A stretch of DNA of 64,000 nucleotides from an uncultured Clostridia bacterium (lineage in GTDB: Bacteria; Bacillota; Clostridia; Lachnospirales; Lachnospiraceae), in contig CANDNA010000001.1 in the NCBI GenBank assembly GCA_947385955.1, positions 167,065 through 231,064 on the forward strand, in the 5' to 3' direction. Both the position numbers and the translations under genes were made by a program. The notes below the pieces were generated by a model that was given only the letters and a program-made list of their open reading frames with translations, was not told where the DNA came from and made no database searches. Below are positions 17,524-26,336 of the stretch, in pieces (the stretch's first letter is position 1; the number at the start of each line of letters is the position of its first letter).

Positions 17524-19560
17524 TCATTCGTACTCTTCTTCCCGGTTGATCTTCCCTGTCAGCGTATCAAAACTGCCCTCATATAAAAATGCGCCGTTTT
17601 CTTCATAAAACAATATGCGCAGACTGCCCAGGTCCGCTGTCACGGCCGACAGATAGACAAAGCTCTCTGTCACCGGTATGGGCTCTTCCGAATACAGAAA
17701 TCTTCCGTCCTTTTCCACTATCCGGTATGCACCCGCCGGTTCCCCCGGCTCCGGTGTCACCGTAACCCTGGCAATATTCATCCGGTTATCGGTCCGGACG
17801 GAAAAAGAAGCCACCGCCCTCGTTTCTTCTGCTTCCACCCGGTAATTTCCATAGAGCTCCAGAGGCGCCCGGTTAATCTGGGAATCAATTTCACAGACCG
17901 CTGACAGTTCTTCCTCCTCATATAAACGTACCTGGACGCTGTCCACGCCGTCCAGATCCAGTGCCAGATGCCGTATCTCGCTGCCGGGCGCTGTCCGCTC
18001 CCCGATCCTGACCCCGTTTACCCAAAGTTCATATCCGGAGACCGGCAGGGAAAACCCTTCCGGGATGCTGACGCCGAATATAAAAACATTGTCCTCCACT
18101 TTCGTCTGAATGTAATAATAGGCCCCCTCTATCCGGTCCGCAGTCACAAAACTGTCCCCGCCGCCGGTTTCCTCCGGCAATATGCCCCCTTCCTCCAGAT
18201 ACCTGCTGATACCGCCGCAGGTCAGCCGGTCAAAAGCATATAGCTGGCTGCTGTATTCCGCCAGCAGATCCAGCTCTTCCAACTGGTATCCCGCATATTC
18301 TTCCTGCAGATCCGAAAATTCCCCATAGGAAAGCTCTCCCATCCGGTTACGCACCCCGGCCCGCTCCAGCTCCGTTTTCAGGACCTGATTGGACGCTCTC
18401 ATCGCCTGATAAGCATTCCTGACCGTAATCAGATTTTCGTACGTATCCCTGACCCGGTTCTCCAGTTCCGCTTTCGCTCTTTCCTGCTCTGCCAGTGCAT
18501 CCGCATAGTCCAGCGCCGATGTATACAGCGCATAGGGGTCATCTTCCACGTAACGCACCCCGTCGATGGCGCCCTTGAACCATTCCTTTGGAATACGGAT
18601 AAACAGAATCCGCAGGCTTCCCGCCCAGGGCTGGTCGATCCTGATCAGAAAATCATTGTACGCTTTCCGAAAGGCATAGCTGTCCACTTCCTGACCGCTT
18701 TTGGCCTGATTCAGATAAGATTGAATGCTGTTCATCCGGGCGCCGTACTGTCCCCTCATCAGGCTTTCATTCAGTTCCAGGCCGATTCTATTGACTGCTG
18801 CGGTCATTTTTGTTTCATAATATCCATGATCCATTTCCAGTGTATAAGAAATCAGATCTGTCAGGGCGCTCCTTGGAATATCCGCTTCCACAAAAGGATC
18901 TGCAAAGCGGTAACCCACCGTAATATCCAGCTTTACCAGTTTGGAAATCTTCTCTTTGAGAAGCTCAAAATCCCGCTTCCGGGACGCCAGGTCACCGGAC
19001 AGCCGCTCCACTGTTTTTTTCATCTTTTCCACATCCGCCGCCGATGCGTCCCCTGTGATACATTTGATTTCATTGCGGTGCAGTGTATCCTGCCCGCTTT
19101 TCAGCCGTTCCTCCAGATAAACGATCTTTTCCTGGCAGACATAAGCCTGCACGTAAAGCAGGGACACTTCCTCCTTTACGGAATACGTCACATCATTCAG
19201 CCGATGGTTCAGTACATCAATCTGACTGCTGATCTGCAGGGGTTTATACTGCCATTCATAAGCGTCCGCCAATGCAGGCTGCTGAGGAAACCGAAAAGAC
19301 AGCAGGGGCGTCCACCGGAATGTGGACATATTTTTCTTTTTCAGACGGACAGATTTGACCGCTGCGGCATATTTCACCTGCTGCATCTCTATTTTGGCCA
19401 ATATCTGCCTGTATTCCCGGCTGCCGGCCAGGGCAAGCTGCCGGGCCTGCACAAGAGTCAGCGTTTTTTCCCCCGCTGCCTTTGCAGGGCAGCAGGGTAC
19501 GAAAGCCAGCAGGGCAATGATCACAGCCGCCATCGTCCCTTTTTGCATCCATCCCTTCAT
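17524..19560 (-). CDS. Secreted protein with a TolC / outer-membrane-efflux-protein-like (OEP) coiled-coil repeat region plus ~200-aa C-terminal extension, 678 aa
   Basis: Signal peptide MKGWMQKGTMAAVIIALLAFVPCCPAKAAG, then LTLVQARQLALAGSREY..., which is a typical OEP repeat start. Paired coiled-coil segments follow. GGAGGA RBS. Confidence 0.5.
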   Translation of the reverse strand: MKGWMQKGTMAAVIIALLAFVPCCPAKAAGEKTLTLVQARQLALAGSREYRQILAKIEMQQVKYAAAVKSVRLKKKNMSTFRWTPLLSFRFPQQPALADAYEWQYKPLQISSQIDVLNHRLNDVTYSVKEEVSLLYVQAYVCQEKIVYLEERLKSGQDTLHRNEIKCITGDASAADVEKMKKTVERLSGDLASRKRDFELLKEKISKLVKLDITVGYRFADPFVEADIPRSALTDLISYTLEMDHGYYETKMTAAVNRIGLELNESLMRGQYGARMNSIQSYLNQAKSGQEVDSYAFRKAYNDFLIRIDQPWAGSLRILFIRIPKEWFKGAIDGVRYVEDDPYALYTSALDYADALAEQERAKAELENRVRDTYENLITVRNAYQAMRASNQVLKTELERAGVRNRMGELSYGEFSDLQEEYAGYQLEELDLLAEYSSQLYAFDRLTCGGISRYLEEGGILPEETGGGDSFVTADRIEGAYYYIQTKVEDNVFIFGVSIPEGFSLPVSGYELWVNGVRIGERTAPGSEIRHLALDLDGVDSVQVRLYEEEELSAVCEIDSQINRAPLELYGNYRVEAEETRAVASFSVRTDNRMNIARVTVTPEPGEPAGAYRIVEKDGRFLYSEEPIPVTESFVYLSAVTADLGSLRILFYEENGAFLYEGSFDTLTGKINREEEYE

Positions 19561-19586
19561 GCCATTCCTCCTGCTCCCGTCCTTCT

Positions 19587-20744
19587 CTATATTTCTTTCT
19601 CTTCGATTAAATAACAGAAAAAGCCGCCGTTTTTTTCTGTGCAGAAAAAGGTATACAGATAGTCCGCCGTGTCAAACCGGTACAGATACATCAGATACTC
19701 TTTATCATATCCCGTTACCTGCATACAGTCCTCAAACAGGGGCGTCATCTCCATCCTGACCCCGCCGCCCATATCCTCCTGTCCGCCGGCCCGGTTCACA
19801 GCCACCGCATCCGGCATGGTCAGACGGGTATTTCCCTCGTAGACAGCCGGCCCCACAGCCCCGCTGACCTGCGGGATATTCTCCAGCAGACTGCCGCCCA
19901 GACAAATACTCTGACTGAGGACATAGATGCCGTCCACCGTCCATTCCCCGTCCACGGTTTCCTCCCCGTTATATGCCCTGTAAACAGCAGAAATCTCCGG
20001 CAGGAACACACAATATTCCCGGTCTGAAGTATAAGCCATCCGTCTGCCCGTGTAGAGAGACGCCATTTCCGAAGCGCTTCTGCCTGCCATTTCTTCATAC
20101 ACAATCCGGTCTTTTTGGAAGCTGCCTTCATAAATCTGCTTCCCGCTGCCGTTATACAGTATCCCATGTCCTTCTTTTTGTCCTTTGGAAAAACCGCCTT
20201 CATATTCGATCACACCGTTCTCACGATATAAAGTCCCCTCTCCGTCAAACTGGTTTTCCATAAAATCGCCTGTATACCACAGGATATTGCCCGGATAATA
20301 CCGCTCGCCCGATCCGCTGTACTGGTTTTGTGAAAAACCGCCCCGGTACACCAGATCTCCGCCCGGCGCATACAAAACACCGTTTCCATTGGCCGCGCCG
20401 CCCTCTACTTCTCCTTCATAAGCCAGATAACCGGACCGTCCCAGAATCGCCACTTGTCCGCTTTTAAACCGCAGCGGCAGCGCATTGTACCGATAAACGC
20501 TCACCCCGTCAGTTACCGTATCCGAACGGGCAGGCAGGCAGGCAAAGATCACCCACAGACTTCCCAGCCCCAGAAACGCCAGTGCCAGAACGGCCAGTCT
20601 CCTGGCAATCATCCAACCGCCAATGACCATATAATCCGCTTTTCCCCCGGGCCTGATGTGCGGCAGACAGCTGCCGTATTCCCTGCACTTTTCTCTGATA
20701 TAAGAAGGCTTTAACCGGTTCGGAATCCTACTGAAACAGTCCAT
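19587..20744 (-). CDS. MORN-repeat membrane protein
   Basis: At least 6 MORN-like repeats (YEGEVEGGAANGNGVLY, YRGGFSQNQYSGSGERYY, YTGDFMENQFDGEGTLY, YEGGFSKGQKEGHGILY, YEGSFQKDRIVY...) after a TM segment LAVLALAFLGLGSLWVIFACL. Start chosen at MDCF (ATG 20744), which has an AGGAGAG RBS. Confidence 0.7.
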   Translation of the reverse strand: MDCFSRIPNRLKPSYIREKCREYGSCLPHIRPGGKADYMVIGGWMIARRLAVLALAFLGLGSLWVIFACLPARSDTVTDGVSVYRYNALPLRFKSGQVAILGRSGYLAYEGEVEGGAANGNGVLYAPGGDLVYRGGFSQNQYSGSGERYYPGNILWYTGDFMENQFDGEGTLYRENGVIEYEGGFSKGQKEGHGILYNGSGKQIYEGSFQKDRIVYEEMAGRSASEMASLYTGRRMAYTSDREYCVFLPEISAVYRAYNGEETVDGEWTVDGIYVLSQSICLGGSLLENIPQVSGAVGPAVYEGNTRLTMPDAVAVNRAGGQEDMGGGVRMEMTPLFEDCMQVTGYDKEYLMYLYRFDTADYLYTFFCTEKNGGFFCYLIEEKEI

Positions 20745-23367
20745 AAAGCATCTCTCCTGCATGTATTGTCTCTGTCATCTTTTCCTCACAGGCAAACAGA
20801 TACCATCTGGCCGCCGGATCCTTTGGACAGCTTTTTACCAGTTCCATAAACCCATCCGCCGCTTCCCGGAACATGCCTCTCTCATACCGATCCACCGCTT
20901 CCCGGAATGCCTCCGCCGTTTCGGCCTTCTGTTCCCTCTCCGTCGTTTCACAGGCTTCCAGCACTTCGTACAGGGCAAAACATCTTTCGGAAGACGGCTT
21001 TACAAAGCCCAGATACCGGATCTGACCATATCCGTCCAGTCTCTCTTTTGTCTCCTCTGTAATCACCACATGCACCCCCAGTCCTTTCAGATCATCCATA
21101 TATGCGGACAAAAGCTCCAGATCCCGGGAAATCACAAAGGGACAGGTCCGGGCCGCACTGCCGGCCAGACCGCATATGCAGGCTCCGCTGTGCAGCAGCA
21201 CAAGCGGCCGGATCGGATACCTCTGATCTGCCCGTTCCCGCAGCCTCAGGATACCTGTCACAGCAAAACGCACTGCCTGAGCCGCCGTCAGTTCCGGTTC
21301 CTTATAGATCACATTCACAGATTCCAGCATATGGCCGGTCAGCAGCACACCGCCTGCCATTTCATTGCATCTGCCGACGCATTCCAGCAGACTGTTCAGA
21401 TATCGTATGTACTCTCCTGCCCCGCTGCTTTGCAGAATCACCTCTTTCTCCGCCACCGAAACCACGCCTGCCGTGGCCTGTACCGATACCGATTCCCCTA
21501 CCGGTACCTGCTCCAGTGTCTCTTTCCCAAACAGACTTTCAAACCCGTCCGGGGTAAATCTGGCATAGTACTTTACCACATTACCGCGGGAATATTCCTG
21601 GGCCTGCAGCGCTTTGCACATACGGTGCAGCGCGACCCAGATCCGTCCGTATTCATTGTCCGGAAACTTTTTTTCCGGCAGGTCGTACATACCGCCTGCC
21701 ACCCGTTTCATATAATAGGCCGCCGTTTTGACCGGACGGATAAAATGATATAAGATCAGCAGATTCAGCACCGTGGAAATCACGCCATAGATACAGGCCC
21801 ATTTCAGGCTGCTGCCCCACATCTCCCGGCTTCGTTCCTCCAGATCATACAATGTGGCTTTCCGGATAAAATAAAGATTTTTCCCTTCGGCTTTGTTAAT
21901 ATACACCTGATACCTGCGGCCCTGAAAGCTGCAGACCCCGCTGGCTTCACCATTTTCCTGCGCCTCTTTCAAAAGCTCCAGCGTATCCCTGCCATGACAG
22001 GCATACAGGCTCCGCCCGCTCACACAGTCTTCCCCATTGAGCACACAGGCATGTTCTCCGTCTGCATATACAAGCTCCGAAGAAAATTCAATGATTTTAT
22101 CCTGATCTTTTACCAGTACGCCCACCAATGTGCCGTCCACCGCATCAGCCCATTCCGTGTCATAAAAATCCAGTCCGCTCACATGGTCCAGACGGACACC
22201 CCTGTCATACATCAGTTCGACGGTTTCCATCGTCCCGAATACCTGATTGCTGATTCCCCGGCTCTCTTCCAGATATCCTCTGGAATGACGGTAAATATAA
22301 ATGGTAAGCAATACAATAAACATCATATTGACTGCCACAACACTGCCCATCATCGTCCGGATAACCGGGCGGAACTTCTGCTTTCTGTACAAAAAACAAA
22401 AGAGACATAAAGCGGTGAAAAGATAGAGAACGCTCCAAAGAGCCGCCGCCTTCCATCCCACATCCCACAATACCGGCCAGCCATACCCGATCTGGCTGCA
22501 ATCCATTCCCGTTTTCTTTTCACAGTCTGTCAGAGTATGGCTGTAGTCCCTGCTCCTGACAAGGGCCACGGCCTGACTGCCGCCCTTCAGACAGTCTGCC
22601 CCCAGCAGCCCGGAAGCCTTTATATTACAGAGGCTGCGGCTTTCTCCCTGTTCCAGAAACCACAGAGCATCCTCTTCCCCGGTGGTATACAACAGCCCGC
22701 CGGAAGAAATCTCCATCCACATTACCCGGCCGGCTGTTTCCTGTGGGAAAAAGCGGTAAGATTCCCCGGTAAAAAATCCCAGCGCCCCGTTACTTTGCAG
22801 GACATACAGGCGCTTCCCGTCAAAAGCCGCACTCACCACTTTATGTCCTGCCGGCAGAGTACGCCTCATCTCTTCTGTCAGCGGCGCCATGCCCTGTCCG
22901 GTCAGATCACAGGAATACAGGATCACTTCCCATTCCACCCGGTCCAGAGCCGTCAGATACAGCCGGCCTGCGGCCACTGAGGATGACGTAATACAGAGCT
23001 GGTTGCCGTAGTCCAGGCTGCCCACTGTTTTCTCCCGCTTCCACTCATCGTCTATCTGATTTACCGTAATCCGGCTGGTCCCGGCTCCTTCTTTCTGATG
23101 AATCAGCAAAAGCCCGCCGTCAGGCGTGGTTTTAAAACTGCTGACCGCCGCCGTAGGGCCATAGGCCCTGACCATCGTACCCGATCCGTCTATTTCATAC
23201 AGCCTGCTTCCGTAGTCCCCATTCTCCACCAATATCACATTTCCCTCATCCGTCAGCTCCACATTGGGAAATACATTGCTCAGATTCGGTTTCTGAATAC
23301 GAAAAATACCGATGACCGTGCCGATATAGGCCAAAACGGCTGTCACTGCAAATATGCTCTTTTTCAT
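20728..23367 (-). CDS. Membrane sensor-like protein, ~880 aa: N-terminal signal-anchor, extracytoplasmic beta-rich domain, two TM regions, and a C-terminal domain resembling a degenerate class-III nucleotide cyclase followed by a TPR-like tail
   Basis: Start chosen at MKKSIFAVTAVLAYIGTVIGIF (AGGAGAA RBS). TM segments lie near residues 350-420 and 600-620. The cyclase resemblance (VVKYYARFTPDGFESLF...LHSGACICGLAGSAARTCPFVISRDLELLSAYMD) is weak and the catalytic residues appear substituted. Confidence 0.35.
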   Translation of the reverse strand: MKKSIFAVTAVLAYIGTVIGIFRIQKPNLSNVFPNVELTDEGNVILVENGDYGSRLYEIDGSGTMVRAYGPTAAVSSFKTTPDGGLLLIHQKEGAGTSRITVNQIDDEWKREKTVGSLDYGNQLCITSSSVAAGRLYLTALDRVEWEVILYSCDLTGQGMAPLTEEMRRTLPAGHKVVSAAFDGKRLYVLQSNGALGFFTGESYRFFPQETAGRVMWMEISSGGLLYTTGEEDALWFLEQGESRSLCNIKASGLLGADCLKGGSQAVALVRSRDYSHTLTDCEKKTGMDCSQIGYGWPVLWDVGWKAAALWSVLYLFTALCLFCFLYRKQKFRPVIRTMMGSVVAVNMMFIVLLTIYIYRHSRGYLEESRGISNQVFGTMETVELMYDRGVRLDHVSGLDFYDTEWADAVDGTLVGVLVKDQDKIIEFSSELVYADGEHACVLNGEDCVSGRSLYACHGRDTLELLKEAQENGEASGVCSFQGRRYQVYINKAEGKNLYFIRKATLYDLEERSREMWGSSLKWACIYGVISTVLNLLILYHFIRPVKTAAYYMKRVAGGMYDLPEKKFPDNEYGRIWVALHRMCKALQAQEYSRGNVVKYYARFTPDGFESLFGKETLEQVPVGESVSVQATAGVVSVAEKEVILQSSGAGEYIRYLNSLLECVGRCNEMAGGVLLTGHMLESVNVIYKEPELTAAQAVRFAVTGILRLRERADQRYPIRPLVLLHSGACICGLAGSAARTCPFVISRDLELLSAYMDDLKGLGVHVVITEETKERLDGYGQIRYLGFVKPSSERCFALYEVLEACETTEREQKAETAEAFREAVDRYERGMFREAADGFMELVKSCPKDPAARWYLFACEEKMTETIHAGEMLYGLFQ

Positions 23368-23396
23368 CTTCCGTTCTCCTGCCTGTATCTGCCGGG

Positions 23397-24260
23397 TTAT
23401 TGCAGCAGCGACTCTGTGCCGATTGTCTGAAAAGAATTGTGGAACAGCCGCAGGAAAGGGATTTCTCCCCAGATCATCTGAGAAATCACCATACAAAGCG
23501 CAATCCCTGCCAGCAACAGGCAACCGATTACAAAGAGCCTGAATATCCCATGCCGATGGTTTTGAAAGGCCCGGCCCAGCCGCTTTCCGAATCTGACAAG
23601 CTGCCCGCTCTTTTTCCCGCTTCCTGCAAACCGCACATCCTGATACAGTTCCCCCATATGGGTATAGCTTCTCCGGTCCAGCTTGCGCTCTATCAGCATC
23701 CTGCAGATCCGTCCCCGTCCCTGTTCCTCTTCCAGCATCACAAGAAGCAGCTCTCCACAGGCCCCTGTACAGTCCCGCTGCCCCCGGCGGGCATCATACC
23801 CGGCCAGATCCAGCGAATAGCCTATCCGTACCCGTCCGTCCCGTTCCAGGTGGATCTGATCCTGCATAAGCGCCAGATACAGCAGAGATTCCGGCATCCT
23901 TACGGCCATGCACTCCCTGACCAACCCCTGCCATACCTTCCTTCGTTCCTCCGCATCATATCCTTCTCTTTGGTAAAACCGGCACAGAGGCCGCTCCGGA
24001 ACATAAGGAAAAGAAAAACACATGCGGGAGCCCTGAAAAAAGCATTCCACATAAGGTGTATCCATCTCCTGCCGCTCCTTCTGAAAACGGCAGAAAGCCT
24101 CCAGAACCTGACGGGCGACTCCCGGCTCCCGGATCAGCCACACCGTATAACATTCTTCTCCGCCGCCGTCCTCCCGTATACAGACCAGTACATCATTGAC
24201 CCTGCCTCTGAATACTTCCCGGATGCTGAAAAGGCGCATCGTACCTGTCTCCAGTATCAT
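23397..24260 (-). CDS. Hypothetical protein with C-terminal TM helix, 287 aa
   Basis: ORF with a GGAAAGGAACG RBS. C-terminal hydrophobic segment LFVIGCLLLAGIALCMVISQMIW. No recognisable domain. Confidence 0.5.
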   Translation of the reverse strand: MILETGTMRLFSIREVFRGRVNDVLVCIREDGGGEECYTVWLIREPGVARQVLEAFCRFQKERQEMDTPYVECFFQGSRMCFSFPYVPERPLCRFYQREGYDAEERRKVWQGLVRECMAVRMPESLLYLALMQDQIHLERDGRVRIGYSLDLAGYDARRGQRDCTGACGELLLVMLEEEQGRGRICRMLIERKLDRRSYTHMGELYQDVRFAGSGKKSGQLVRFGKRLGRAFQNHRHGIFRLFVIGCLLLAGIALCMVISQMIWGEIPFLRLFHNSFQTIGTESLLQ

Positions 24261-24283
24261 AGACGTTCCTTTCCGCTTTCTTT

Positions 24284-26029
24284 TTACTCCACAATCATAT
24301 AAGCATAGGTATCAATCTGGGGCATATCCGCACAGTAGATATGGATTTCATACAGTCCGCTGCCGGCAGGCGCCGTATACATCCCATCCTGGGAAATCCT
24401 GCCGCTGCCGCTTTCCGTCAGTTCATATACCAGGCGGCACGGCTCCATCCTGCAAAACAGAATATCGATATAACAGCTCTTCCCCGCCTCCAGCCTGACC
24501 GTAGGCATCCGCGGCACGATACTCATCTCCGAACAGTCTGCGGCCAGCCTGCTCTCTTCCGTGGAATGGAACCGCACAGCCACCCAGTTCAGCAGCAGCA
24601 CAATGCTCCTCTGCTCCCCTTCCAGCCGCGCCGCCACCTGAAAGCTTCCTTTTTCATGGTATACTTTGACCGCCGTTTTCACCCAGCTGTGGTCCTGCTC
24701 CCGGAACAGGTCGCTGTCGCCGTATATAGTACTTTTCACACTGCTGCCCATCACATCCGTTTCTTCCAGACAGGCCACTCCCACCTGTACGAATACTTCT
24801 CCGGCGCCCAGTCCATGCAAAATCTCCTCCGAAAAACAGATATCCCCCCGCTTCATATTCACATCCAGCGGAATCTCCAGTGTACCGTTTGTCATCAGAG
24901 GCATTTTGAAAGGCTCCCCAGGCGCCGCTGCCTGTACCGTTTCCGCTCTTTCCTCCATCCGTTCCCTGCCGGCCGGCGGAGCGAAACATGCCATATACTG
25001 CTGCCTCTCCGCTGATTTGGCCGGAGGCGCAATATATCTGCGCCTGTCTGTTACCGATGCGATCACATACGCATCCCCTGTACGGAACATTCTGATCTCT
25101 GCCAGCAGAAGTCCTTCCTCATCCTCTCTCCCGACAGATTCCAGATTTTCCTGCGCCGTCTGAGACAGCGCCATCTGCTCCGGTTCCAGACCGGTGAAAC
25201 AGATCTGCAAAGAGGCATCCTCCTTCACCGGCACATCATACTCTCCTACAAAAGCCTGCCCGCTTCCCCGCTTCCACAGAATACTGCCTGTGTCCGCTGT
25301 GCTTTGCTGTGCCAGAACCCAGTAATCTTTCCAAAATTCTTCTCCCTGCTCCAGAAAAATGTCCTGCATACCCACAGGCAGTTCATGCTCTCCTGTCTCC
25401 GTCACAAATGCGGGAAACTGAAGAACCCCTTCCAGCGACAATGATTTCCCGGCCCCGCTGCACTTTACCACTCTTACCCGGATCCGGACACGCCGCCCTC
25501 TGCACACAACCTTTGGCACACTGATCAGTACTCTGAAATCCTCCTGCTCCAGAAACACCGCTTCCTCCAAAAAGGCAGGTGTCTCCCGGAACACTTCCCC
25601 GGCCTCTGCCAGGAAAAGCTGATATCCTTCCCGGATCCGGTTACATTCATAATGTTCTTCCTGGCCTTCCTCTCCCATCGCAAACACCGGATGGACAGAC
25701 TCCTCCACATAACGTATTCTGAGCTGAGCCCGCTCTCCTCTGACGGTTTCAAACCCCTCAATGGCCGACAGCTTTCTGGCCACAGAAGCATGCAGGATCA
25801 TCTCACGTCCTCCGTCATCCAGTGCCGCGCCTTCTTCCACCAGCACAGTCAGATCATCCAGCCCGCTGACTTTCAGCCCGCACAGAACCCCCGGCCCATA
25901 CAGCATACGGTTCAGGAATCTCCTTTTATTGTTCATATAAAGCTGCTCTGCCGTAAAATCCATTGATGCCAGCATTTTTCCCGCATAATAACGGTTTCTT
26001 TCAAAAGGGAACCATTGTTTATGATTCAT
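24284..26029 (-). CDS. Hypothetical protein, first gene of the contractile-system cluster, 581 aa
   Basis: ORF with a GAAGAGGGAAAGAAGG RBS, immediately downstream of an AT-rich promoter region. Its N-terminus (NRYYAGKMLASMDFTAEQLYMNNKRRFLNRMLYGPGVLCGL) looks like a conserved-domain start, but I cannot place it. Confidence 0.5.
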   Translation of the reverse strand: MNHKQWFPFERNRYYAGKMLASMDFTAEQLYMNNKRRFLNRMLYGPGVLCGLKVSGLDDLTVLVEEGAALDDGGREMILHASVARKLSAIEGFETVRGERAQLRIRYVEESVHPVFAMGEEGQEEHYECNRIREGYQLFLAEAGEVFRETPAFLEEAVFLEQEDFRVLISVPKVVCRGRRVRIRVRVVKCSGAGKSLSLEGVLQFPAFVTETGEHELPVGMQDIFLEQGEEFWKDYWVLAQQSTADTGSILWKRGSGQAFVGEYDVPVKEDASLQICFTGLEPEQMALSQTAQENLESVGREDEEGLLLAEIRMFRTGDAYVIASVTDRRRYIAPPAKSAERQQYMACFAPPAGRERMEERAETVQAAAPGEPFKMPLMTNGTLEIPLDVNMKRGDICFSEEILHGLGAGEVFVQVGVACLEETDVMGSSVKSTIYGDSDLFREQDHSWVKTAVKVYHEKGSFQVAARLEGEQRSIVLLLNWVAVRFHSTEESRLAADCSEMSIVPRMPTVRLEAGKSCYIDILFCRMEPCRLVYELTESGSGRISQDGMYTAPAGSGLYEIHIYCADMPQIDTYAYMIVE

Positions 26030-26039
26030 CTGCCGCCTT

Positions 26040-26336
26040 CTTTCCCTCTTCCGTCCAGCCGGATCATAATCTCTCCGAGGCAGGAAGCCAAACTCTCAAT
26101 CTTTTTTACAGAATACGACAATTTCCAACATGCATCAATAGAGTTGACCTATATGCACCTTTTTTTCACACAAATATACCATATCAGGTAATTTTGTAAG
26201 AAAACAGAAAATATCCGTTTATACTATTTGACAATCTTTTTACCCATCTGATAAAATAAATCAACATTCAGGCCTTTCCTGATATTTTTGTTTCTGTCGC
26301 AGCAGACTGTTTTGATTACAAAGGAGGCGCTTTTGC
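26040..26336. promoter_or_regulatory. AT-rich divergent promoter region between the contractile-system cluster (minus) and an HATPase-like gene (plus)
   Basis: GC content drops sharply here. Plus strand: TTGACA (26229-26234), a 17-nt spacer, then ATAAAA. Minus strand: TTGATG-N17-TATTCT around 26110-26145. These are sigma-A-like candidates only. Confidence 0.35.

Noticed and set aside
17524-19560. Calling the 678-aa protein a bona fide TolC outer-membrane channel
   Set aside because: I cannot tell whether the host is monoderm or diderm. The similarity is limited to the coiled-coil repeat pattern and N-terminal motif. I kept only a TolC-like label at moderate confidence.
1-26029. Prophage or R-type tailocin (diffocin-like) interpretation of the contractile cluster
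   Set aside because: No capsid, portal, terminase, integrase, holin or endolysin lies within 26 kb. DUF4280 and the two tube paralogs are more typical of eCIS / T6SS-like systems. I cannot exclude lysis or head genes beyond the left edge, so I retain this as an alternative in the finding rather than calling it.
14890-26029. Search for the eCIS AAA+ ATPase (Afp15-like) or DUF4255 cap among the upstream genes
   Set aside because: No Walker A/B motifs were found in any of the six upstream proteins. The missing components are more likely left of the window, distal to the baseplate genes.
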